Source: an uncultured Anaerolineales bacterium (GTDB taxonomy: Bacteria; Chloroflexota; Anaerolineae; UBA4142). From it: a DNA stretch of 53,818 nt. Both the position numbers and the translations under genes were made by a program. Position 1 is the first letter of the stretch; each line of letters begins with the position of its first letter. The notes below the pieces were generated by a model. The model had not been told where the DNA came from, did not search any database, and saw only the letters and a list, made by a program, of their open reading frames with translations. The stretch spans positions 1 through 53,818 of the forward strand of contig CAIKBD010000488.1 in assembly GCA_903825565.1 (NCBI GenBank), written 5' to 3'. Shown here one piece after another: positions 39,938 to 47,649 of the stretch.

Positions 39938-41116
39938 ATGTTCCACACAATTACCTCGGCTGAAATGCGGAGCGTCAATCGCTCCGCCGTCCTCGATTAC
40001 ATTCGGCGCAATAGCCCCGTTGCGCGTTCCGTCATCGCGCACGCCCTCAAATTGAGTTTGCCCACTGTCATGCGGATCGTGGATGAACTGATCGCGCACG
40101 GCTGGGTGCGTCCCACTGGCACGAAAGAATGGAGCAGTAGCCGCCGCCGCGATTTGCTCGAGTACTATAAAGACGGTCACGCGGTCATTGGCGTTGACCT
40201 CGGCGGCACGAAAATGTTCGGCGCGCTCGCCAACATCGGCGGCGAAATCATCGGCGAGCAAACCGTCAACGGGCACGGCACTTCGGGCGAAGCGAGTTAT
40301 GCGATGCTCGAAGAAATCATTAGCGAATTGATGCGTGTCCCGCGTCCGCGCGGGCAAAAGATTCGCGGCATCGCGGTTGGCGCGCCGGGTGTCACGCGCA
40401 CGCACGATGGCATCGTCGAATGGGCGCCAAGTTTGAATTGGCGCGAGTATCCGCTTAAACAAAAACTCGAAAAACGATTTCGTCTGCCCTGCATCGTAGA
40501 CAACGATGTGAACCTCGCCGCGCTCGGCGAGCAATGGTTCGGCGCGGGCGATGGCGCGCACAACATCGTGCTCATCGCGATTGGCACCGGCGTCGGCGCG
40601 GGCTTGATCGTGGATGGCGTGTTGTATCGCGGGCACAACAACGCGGCGGGCGAAGTTGGTTTTCTGCTCTCGAATCGCGCCGAACTCGATCAGCAGTACG
40701 AAAAATTCGGCGCGCTCGAAAGTGTCATCTCCGGCACGGGTATCGCCGAACGCGCGCAACACGTCCGCACCGGCAAACGCGCGCTCAAAAATCTCACCTC
40801 GCAAGACGTGTTCGAAGCGTACCGTCGGCATGAAACGTGGAGCATTCCGCTCATCAACGAAACGGTGGATTACCTCAGCATCGCGATTGTCAACATCAGC
40901 ACACTCCTCGATCCTGAACTCATCATCCTGGGTGGCGGCGTCTCCGAATCGGCGGATGTGTTACTCCCCGCCGTGCAAGCACGCATCCAAAACATTTTGC
41001 CGAAAACACCCACGCTCAAAGTTTCGACCCTGGGTCGGCGCGCCGCCGTAATGGGTGCGATTGCCCAAATCGTTCACACCACCAGCGACTATTTCGTCGC
41101 ACGCAAGTTGGTGTAA
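39938..41116 (+). CDS. ROK-family transcriptional regulator (NagC/XylR-like)
   Basis: N-terminal HTH (NRSAVL..IR..LSLPTV), GVDLGGT, DNDVNLAALGE, GTGVGAG, AGEVG, IILGGG. Confidence 0.92.
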   Translation: MFHTITSAEMRSVNRSAVLDYIRRNSPVARSVIAHALKLSLPTVMRIVDELIAHGWVRPTGTKEWSSSRRRDLLEYYKDGHAVIGVDLGGTKMFGALANIGGEIIGEQTVNGHGTSGEASYAMLEEIISELMRVPRPRGQKIRGIAVGAPGVTRTHDGIVEWAPSLNWREYPLKQKLEKRFRLPCIVDNDVNLAALGEQWFGAGDGAHNIVLIAIGTGVGAGLIVDGVLYRGHNNAAGEVGFLLSNRAELDQQYEKFGALESVISGTGIAERAQHVRTGKRALKNLTSQDVFEAYRRHETWSIPLINETVDYLSIAIVNISTLLDPELIILGGGVSESADVLLPAVQARIQNILPKTPTLKVSTLGRRAAVMGAIAQIVHTTSDYFVARKLV

Positions 41117-41169
41117 TTCGCAATTCGCAATTCACAATTCGTCATTTGCCATTTGTCATTTGTCATTCT
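41114..41169 (+). repeat. Tandem heptamer repeat
   Basis: TAATTCG CAATTCG CAATTCA CAATTCG TCATTTG CCATTTG TCATTTG TCATTCT. Confidence 0.75.
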
Positions 41170-41181
41170 TCAGGAGGTCTT

Positions 41182-42123
41182 GTGGCATATCAAAATTTAC
41201 GCATCATTGATTTTCACGTTCACTTTCCCACCACCAAGCCGATGATGGGCGGCAGTTACGCCGATAGCCCTTCGCATCCGCGCGGACCGGAAAAAGCGGC
41301 AGTGATTCGTGAATGGCAAAAAATGTACAACGAAGATTGGCGGCTCGCCTGGGATTTTCCCGCGCCCGAAAGAGAAAAACAATCCGATGAAATTCTCGCG
41401 GATCGTTGGGCGGCTGAGGTAGACAAGTATGGTTTGGATTGTGTCGGCTTTGTCACCGGCGGCGGCAACGACAATCTCGCGCAAGTGATTGCGCGCCATC
41501 CGAAAAAATTTGTCGGGTTCGCGCATCACAATCTCTTTGCCGAGAATGCGGCGGCAGAACTCGAACGCGCAATCACGCAACTGGGAATGCGCGGCTACAA
41601 ACTGCTCGCGCCCGCGCTCGACAAACCCATCGAAGACAAATCGGCGTGGCCTGTCTGGGAAGTTGCGGAAAAGTACGACATTCCGGTACTGATTCATTTC
41701 GGCGTCCTGGGTTCGGGTGGCGGCGTGTCGTGGCACGAGAACATCAATCCGTTCAAACTGCACGATGTGGCGCGCGCGTTCCCGACCGTGAAATTCGTCA
41801 TCCCGCATTTTGGTTGCGGCTGGGTGCGCGAGGCGTTGCAACTGTGTTGGAGTTGCGCGAACGTGTACATTGACACATCCGGTTCGAATCAATGGGTGCG
41901 CTGGATGCCGGAAGAACTGACCGTGAAAATGTTGTTCCGTAAATACCTGGAAACGATTGGACCTGATCGCTTGATCTTTGCGACGGATTCATCCTGGTTT
42001 CCGCGTGGCTTTGCGATTCGCTACTTGCAAGATCAACTGCGCGATTGCCGCGAGTTGAATGTGCCGCAAGACGCTCTGCAAAAAATCTTTGGCGGCAATG
42101 CCGCGCGCTTGTTGAAAATCTAG
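41182..42123 (+). CDS. Amidohydrolase_2-family protein
   Basis: IDFHVH, RGYK, PVLIHFG, IPHFG, NVYIDTS, FATDS, GGNAARLL. GTG 41182 follows AGGAGG. Confidence 0.9.
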   Translation: MAYQNLRIIDFHVHFPTTKPMMGGSYADSPSHPRGPEKAAVIREWQKMYNEDWRLAWDFPAPEREKQSDEILADRWAAEVDKYGLDCVGFVTGGGNDNLAQVIARHPKKFVGFAHHNLFAENAAAELERAITQLGMRGYKLLAPALDKPIEDKSAWPVWEVAEKYDIPVLIHFGVLGSGGGVSWHENINPFKLHDVARAFPTVKFVIPHFGCGWVREALQLCWSCANVYIDTSGSNQWVRWMPEELTVKMLFRKYLETIGPDRLIFATDSSWFPRGFAIRYLQDQLRDCRELNVPQDALQKIFGGNAARLLKI

Positions 42124-42186
42124 TGAATAGTGGGTAGTGGATAGTGAACAGTCAACTGACCACTACTCACTATCCACTACCCACTA
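42121..42186. repeat. Heptamer tandem repeats arranged as an inverted repeat
   Basis: Four TAGTGRN units followed by their reverse complement; 42128-42147 pairs perfectly with 42167-42186. Confidence 0.75.
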
Positions 42187-42279
42187 ATTTGAAGGAGGTG
42201 ATGATCTGCCTCGATTCCAAAAATTTCTGCGAACGAATATCCAATCGAAACTGATTCAACCCAAAGAGGAGGAGTTCAC

Positions 42280-43620
42280 ATGAAACGGTTAGCATTACTC
42301 GCCCTGTTGGCTTTGGCATTGATCGTGGTTGCGTGCTCCGCACCTGCCGAGCCGACCAAAGCGCCCGCCGCGTCTGCCGCGACATCGGCACCCGCCGCCA
42401 AACCCACCGACGCCCCGGCGGCGAAAGTCGAAATTGAGTACTGGCAGTACTTTTTCGAATCCAAGAAAAACCTCGTGGACGAATTGATCGTCGAGTTCCA
42501 AAAACAAAACCCGAACATTACCGTCGTCCACACCACCTTCCCGTACGAACAATACACCGACAAGGTCGCGGCAAGTGTGCCCGCCGGTCGTGGTCCCGAT
42601 GTGGTCAACCTGTACTATGGTTGGTTGCCGCTGTACATCAACTCGGGTTATCTCGCGCCGTTACCCGACAAGGATTTTCCGATCGCGCAACTCGAAAAAG
42701 ATTTCATCCCGATGATCCAGATCGCCAAAGTGGATGGCAAGTACTATTCCTTGCCGACCGCCGTGCGCAACCTGGCGATTTTCTACAACAAGGATTTGTA
42801 CACCAAAGCCGGTCTCGATGCGACCAAGCCGCCCAAGACGTTTGATGAATTGGCGAGCGCGGCGCAAAAGATGACCAAGGTCGAAGGCGGCAAGATGACG
42901 GTTGCCGGTTGGCGCGTGGATTTGAGCAATCAAGATCACAACCTGTTCCGTGAAATTCTCGTCCGCGCGTACGGTGGTGTGCCGCAGAGCGACGATCACA
43001 AAAAGATTCAGTGGAACGCTACGCCGGGTGGATACGACGCGTGGCAATTCTTGATTGACTTGACCGCGAAACAAAAAGTCAGTGAGCCGACCCTGGGTCA
43101 AGATGGTCCGACCGCGTGGCTCGCGCAACAAGCCGGCATGATGGTTAGCGGCTCATTCTATCTCGGCACGGCAAAGAGCAAGGCAACCTTTAACTGGGGC
43201 GTGTTCCCCATGCCTGCCGGTCCAAAAGCCAGCGCGAACTTTGGTTCGTTCTGGACGCACGGGATCACGACCAAAGCCGCCAAAGATCCGGCGAAACTCG
43301 CCGCGTCGGTCAAGTTTCTGCAATTCCTGACCAGCGCCGAAACAATGAAGAAATGGACGCCCGCGATTGGTGAATTGCCCGCGCGCGCCGAAGTCCTCAA
43401 AGACCCCGTGTTCGCGAACGATCCCTTGCTCGCGCCGTTCCTGCAAACGCTCCCGGTGTCGTACGCCTCGTACTTTGTGGACGAAGCCGCGGATCGTACC
43501 GCGTTGATTGACGCGTACAACGCGGTCATCCTCAAGAACGCCGATCCGAAAAAATCGCTCGACGATGCAACCAAGACTGTGCAAAAATTGTTCGACGATT
43601 ACTGGGCATCGAAGAAATAA
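42280..43620 (+). CDS. Carbohydrate ABC transporter substrate-binding lipoprotein (family 1)
   Basis: SD GAGGAGG, IVVAC lipobox, F.KQNPNI.V, GPDV, DGKYYSLP, FYNKDL. Confidence 0.92.
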   Translation: MKRLALLALLALALIVVACSAPAEPTKAPAASAATSAPAAKPTDAPAAKVEIEYWQYFFESKKNLVDELIVEFQKQNPNITVVHTTFPYEQYTDKVAASVPAGRGPDVVNLYYGWLPLYINSGYLAPLPDKDFPIAQLEKDFIPMIQIAKVDGKYYSLPTAVRNLAIFYNKDLYTKAGLDATKPPKTFDELASAAQKMTKVEGGKMTVAGWRVDLSNQDHNLFREILVRAYGGVPQSDDHKKIQWNATPGGYDAWQFLIDLTAKQKVSEPTLGQDGPTAWLAQQAGMMVSGSFYLGTAKSKATFNWGVFPMPAGPKASANFGSFWTHGITTKAAKDPAKLAASVKFLQFLTSAETMKKWTPAIGELPARAEVLKDPVFANDPLLAPFLQTLPVSYASYFVDEAADRTALIDAYNAVILKNADPKKSLDDATKTVQKLFDDYWASKK

Positions 43621-43627
43621 AATGTTC

Positions 43628-43654
43628 GTAGGGGCGGGATGATCCCGCCCCTAC
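43628..43654. repeat. GTAG-type REP-like palindrome
   Basis: GTAGGGGCGGGA-TGA-TCCCGCCCCTAC. Confidence 0.65.
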
Positions 43655-43669
43655 CCCAATGAGGTGGTT

Positions 43670-44575
43670 ATGGCTGTCCGTGCGCGCGGATTATCCCTGG
43701 GGCAACGCCGAGCAGTGTGGGCGTACATTTTTTTGATCGTGCCGCTTTTGTTTTTCATCGGCGTGCGATTTGCGCCAACCTTGTTTGCGATGAGTGTCAG
43801 CTTGTTCAAGTGGGATATTCTTTCGCCGACCAAACCCTGGTTAGGTTTGCAAAATTACGAAACACTTTTCGCCGACAAGGTGTTTTGGAAATCACTGACG
43901 AACACGTTGTTGTACGTCGTGTTGAGTGTGCCGCTCGAACTCGTGTTTGGTCTAACATTCGCGTTGCTATTGCAAAGCGCGGCGCGGTGGAAAGGATTTT
44001 TTCGCGCGTTATATTTCATTCCGTTCGTCACCTCGACGGTCGCGATCAGTTGGGTGTGGCGTTGGATGTACGAGCCGACGTTTGGTCCGCTCAACAAATT
44101 GCTGGCGTTCCTGAGTCTGCCCGAACAAAAATATCTAGCAAATCCCGATCAAGCCTTGCCCTCGATTGTCATTGCCATCGCGTGGCAAGCCGTCGGATTT
44201 TATATCATCATCTTCCTCGCCGGTCTCGAAGCGATCCCCGCCGATTTTTACGAAGCCGCGAAAATTGACGGCGCGCATGCCTGGGATTTGTTCCGCCACA
44301 TCACCTTGCCCCTGCTCAATCCGACGATTGTGTTTCTCACCGTCATCGGCACGATCAACGGCATTCAAGTGTTCACCCAGGTTTTGAACATGAGCTTTCA
44401 AGGCACGGGCGGTCCGCTTGATGCGACCAAGTCGCTCGTGTTGTTCATTTATCAGCAAGCCTTTCGCTCGTTCAAGATGGGCTATGCCTCGGCCGGCACG
44501 GTCGTGTTGTTTGGAATCATTTTGCTCATCACCTTGATTCAACTCAAAGTGACCACGCGTCGGGTGGAGTATTAA
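43670..44575 (+). CDS. Carbohydrate ABC transporter permease (MalF/UgpA-like)
   Basis: GLQNY, EAA loop YEAAKIDGA..FRHITLP, MGYASA. Confidence 0.92.
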   Translation: MAVRARGLSLGQRRAVWAYIFLIVPLLFFIGVRFAPTLFAMSVSLFKWDILSPTKPWLGLQNYETLFADKVFWKSLTNTLLYVVLSVPLELVFGLTFALLLQSAARWKGFFRALYFIPFVTSTVAISWVWRWMYEPTFGPLNKLLAFLSLPEQKYLANPDQALPSIVIAIAWQAVGFYIIIFLAGLEAIPADFYEAAKIDGAHAWDLFRHITLPLLNPTIVFLTVIGTINGIQVFTQVLNMSFQGTGGPLDATKSLVLFIYQQAFRSFKMGYASAGTVVLFGIILLITLIQLKVTTRRVEY

Positions 44576-44576
44576 C

Positions 44577-45416
44577 ATGAATCAAACTCAAACCCGCGGT
44601 TTGCCGCGCTGGACGACGCAAACGATTTTGTACGCCGTGTTGTTGATCGGCGGAATTTTGATGATCATTCCCTTTGTGTGGATGTTGGCAACCTCACTCA
44701 AACCGGCAAAAGAAGTTTTTCTCGGCAACTTTTTTCCCATCGCGCCGACGCTGGATAACTTCCAAGCCGTGCTGAAAAAAGTTCCGTTCGCGCGCTGGTA
44801 TCTCAACAGTCTCATCGTCGCCACGCTCAGCACACTCAGCGTCGCGTTTTTTGATTCGCTTGTCGGCTTTGTGCTCGCCAAGTACGAGTTTCGCGGCAAG
44901 AATGTGATTTTCGTTTTCATTCTCAGCACCCTGATGGTGCCGACCGAAATGCTCATCATTCCCTGGTTCATTTTGTCGAACAGCTTGAACTGGGTGGACA
45001 CGTACTGGGGCATTATGTTTCCCGGTATCATGACCGCGTTCGGCGTATTTTTGATGAAGCAATTCATGGAAGGCATTCCGTCCGAACTGCTCGACGCCGC
45101 GCGCATTGATGGCGTATCCGAGTTTGGTTTGTTCTGGCGCATCGCGATGCCGCTCGTCAAACCCGCACTCGCCGCACTGTGCATTTTCAATTTCCTGGGC
45201 AACTGGAACGCGTTCCTGTGGCCCGTCATCATCACCGAAAAAATGGACATGCGCACCGTGCCGGTTGGCTTGGCATTTTTCTCCGGCGAAGCCGGGTCGG
45301 CGTGGGAATTGATCATGGCGGGCGCGAGCATGGCGACGATCCCCTTCTTGATCGTGTTCTTGATTTTCCAGCGCCAAATCATCAAGGGGATTGCGCTCAC
45401 CGGACTCAAGGGATAA
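44577..45416 (+). CDS. Carbohydrate ABC transporter permease (MalG/UgpE-like)
   Basis: IPSELLDAARIDG, WNAFLWP, FQRQIIKG..G.KG. Confidence 0.92.
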   Translation: MNQTQTRGLPRWTTQTILYAVLLIGGILMIIPFVWMLATSLKPAKEVFLGNFFPIAPTLDNFQAVLKKVPFARWYLNSLIVATLSTLSVAFFDSLVGFVLAKYEFRGKNVIFVFILSTLMVPTEMLIIPWFILSNSLNWVDTYWGIMFPGIMTAFGVFLMKQFMEGIPSELLDAARIDGVSEFGLFWRIAMPLVKPALAALCIFNFLGNWNAFLWPVIITEKMDMRTVPVGLAFFSGEAGSAWELIMAGASMATIPFLIVFLIFQRQIIKGIALTGLKG

Positions 45417-45421
45417 AAAAA

Positions 45422-45448
45422 TCTGGCTAGTTTTGAAAACTAGCCAGA
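45422..45448. terminator. Hairpin between convergent genes (probable bidirectional terminator)
   Basis: TCTGGCTAGTTTT-G-AAAACTAGCCAGA. Confidence 0.65.
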
Positions 45449-45452
45449 GTGC

Positions 45453-45839
45453 CTACTTGCCCAACCACGTTTCGATTTCAGCCAAGATTTGGCTCAAGGT
45501 CGGTTGTTCGGCTGGCGCAAGTCGGTCATTTGCGCCAAGATGTTTGTGATGCGGATGCGTGATGATTTCGGGATGATGCGGTGCGTTGTCGTAGCGAAAG
45601 ATGCGTTGCCCTTGGCGTAGAAAAGTGTACGCATAATGCACGCGCACCGGATAACCCAATTCGGTCGAAACTACTTCGTAGATATCGAGACAAGAATCAT
45701 CCCAGAATATCACGCGGCAACGAAGTAAACCGTTGTAATCGTCAGAAGCAAGGCAGGTCACCGCGTCCGCGATTTTGCCCGCACGCAGATTTTGGCGCAA
45801 GCCGCGTTCGAGCGCGGAAAAATAATCGTCAATGGTCAC
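45453..45839 (-). CDS. tumE: DUF6516 / TumE-like toxin
   Basis: Y.Y.F......FRYDNAPHHPEIITHPHHKH signature. The GTG start overlaps the upstream stop (GTGA). Confidence 0.75.
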   Translation of the reverse strand: MTIDDYFSALERGLRQNLRAGKIADAVTCLASDDYNGLLRCRVIFWDDSCLDIYEVVSTELGYPVRVHYAYTFLRQGQRIFRYDNAPHHPEIITHPHHKHLGANDRLAPAEQPTLSQILAEIETWLGK

Positions 45840-46057
45840 GCGCTCACCAACGCCGATTTTTGCATCAATTGACGAATCGGAAGCGAGGTCAAGTACAGAT
45901 GGTACAACCCCGCCCACATCATCAAATCGTCATTGTCGCCCAGTTCGCCGTTTTGAAACCGCCGGTAAAATTCGATGGTGGAGTAACCGTATTGTTGTTC
46001 GTACGTTTTCAACCGGTCGCTCAACTCGCCAAAACTTAATCGGTTCGGTTTGAACAT
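45836..46057 (-). CDS. tumA: Small TumA-like antitoxin
   Basis: 73 aa with L..YEQQYGYST.EFY..FQ.G.LGD.DD...WAGLY; directly upstream of and coupled to the DUF6516 gene; SD GGAG. Confidence 0.65.
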   Translation of the reverse strand: MFKPNRLSFGELSDRLKTYEQQYGYSTIEFYRRFQNGELGDNDDLMMWAGLYHLYLTSLPIRQLMQKSALVSA

Positions 46058-46087
46058 TTTCTCCACTCCATTTCTTTCAGCGGCAAA

Positions 46088-46116
46088 ATTATAGCACGTT
46101 CCGATTTTACTGACAA
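46088..46116 (-). promoter_or_regulatory. sigma70 promoter of the TA pair
   Basis: Minus strand TTGTCA-17 nt-TATAAT with extended -10 TG. Confidence 0.7.
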
Positions 46117-46133
46117 CCAATCAAGGAATTTGT

Positions 46134-47606
46134 ATGGCTCACACATTTCCCCATCCCGCTTACGCCAAAACTGTGCTCGCGCCCAATTTCGAGCAGACCA
46201 AAAATTATCTCGTGCCCGCAATGTTGAACGCGACGCGCGCGCATCTCGTGATGCTCGTGCGCCAAAACATTTTGGATCGCGCCACCGGCAAATCGCTCAT
46301 CGAAGGACTGTGCGCGCTCGAAGCCGAAGGCGTGCGCGATGTGATGTACGATGGCAAATACGAGGACTTGTTCTTTTTCATGGAACATCGGCTTGGCGAG
46401 TTGACGAGCGAAGACGCGGTCGGCAACATGCAAGTTGCGCGCAGTCGCAACGACCTCGACGGCACGATGTGTCGCTGGGTCGTGCGCGAAAAAATATTTG
46501 CGCTCTTGCAAGGCATCCACACCTTGCGCGCGCGTGTGCTCGCGATGATGCGCGAACACACGGACACCTTGATGCCGGGTTACACGCACACGCAACCCGC
46601 GCAACCGACCACACTCGCGCACTATCTCGGCGCGGTCGCCGCATTCCTCGAACGCGATGCGGCACGTTTGCAATCCACATTCGCGCGCGTGAATCTTTGT
46701 CCGCTCGGCGGCGTCGCGTTCACCACGACCGGCTTTCCGATTGACCGCGCGCTCGTCGCCGACTTGCTCGGTTTTGACGCGCCGGTCGTAAACAGTTATG
46801 ATGCGGTTGGCGGCGCGGATTATCAAACCGAAATCGCGGGTGTTGTGCAAACGGCGGCGGGTGGCTTGTCGCGTTTCGCCACCGATTTGCTGTTCTGGGC
46901 GACCCAGGAAGCCGGCGCGCTCCGCATCGGCGACGAGTTCGTGCAGATTTCGAGCATCATGCCGCAGAAACGCAATCCAGTTGTGCTCGAACATTTACGC
47001 ACGCAACTGGGTTACATTTACGCCGACGCGCAAGCCGTGTTCACGCTTCATCACAACGCGCCGCTCGGCGACGTGAACGATGTCGAAGACCCGATCTATC
47101 GTCCGCTGTTTCGGATGTTGGATTACGCGATTGGCGTGTACGAATTGCTCGACGCCGTTCTCGCGAGCGCGACCTGGAATGTTGAGCGACTCGCATCGCG
47201 CGCGGCGGATGGATTCACCACGGCGACCGAACTCGCGGACACACTCGTGCGCGAAGCGAAATTGCCATTTCGATCCGCGCATCGCGTCGTCGCCCAACTC
47301 GTCCGCACGGCGATTGCGGAAAATATTTTGCCGCGCGACATTCGTGCGCAACACGTTGACTCTGCCGCACAAAAAATCCTGGGTCGCGCACTCGGCTTGA
47401 CCGATCAAATCGTGCGCGAGGCATTGGACGCGCGACACTTTGTTGCGATTCGCGCGATTCCCGGCGGACCCGCGCCCGATGCGACGCGCGCGATCATCGC
47501 CGCGCAATCCGCGCAACTCGAACGCGATGTGGCATGGCGCGCACAACAACTCGCGCGATTGGAACAAGCGCGTGCGCGATTGAACGAAGCGATGCAAAAC
47601 ATTTGA
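46134..47606 (+). CDS. argH: Argininosuccinate lyase family C-N lyase
   Basis: ARSRND, MPGYTHTQPAQP, SSIMPQKRNP signature, ATELAD.LV....PFRSAH. Family is secure; the physiological substrate is not. Confidence 0.8.
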   Translation: MAHTFPHPAYAKTVLAPNFEQTKNYLVPAMLNATRAHLVMLVRQNILDRATGKSLIEGLCALEAEGVRDVMYDGKYEDLFFFMEHRLGELTSEDAVGNMQVARSRNDLDGTMCRWVVREKIFALLQGIHTLRARVLAMMREHTDTLMPGYTHTQPAQPTTLAHYLGAVAAFLERDAARLQSTFARVNLCPLGGVAFTTTGFPIDRALVADLLGFDAPVVNSYDAVGGADYQTEIAGVVQTAAGGLSRFATDLLFWATQEAGALRIGDEFVQISSIMPQKRNPVVLEHLRTQLGYIYADAQAVFTLHHNAPLGDVNDVEDPIYRPLFRMLDYAIGVYELLDAVLASATWNVERLASRAADGFTTATELADTLVREAKLPFRSAHRVVAQLVRTAIAENILPRDIRAQHVDSAAQKILGRALGLTDQIVREALDARHFVAIRAIPGGPAPDATRAIIAAQSAQLERDVAWRAQQLARLEQARARLNEAMQNI

Positions 47607-47649
47607 TAGCAAGGGCGAAGGATTTTTTAACCATAGTTCTGCTGAAAAA

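Noticed and set aside
41114-42186. CRISPR array
   Set aside because: The units are 7 nt with no unique spacers, and there are no cas genes.
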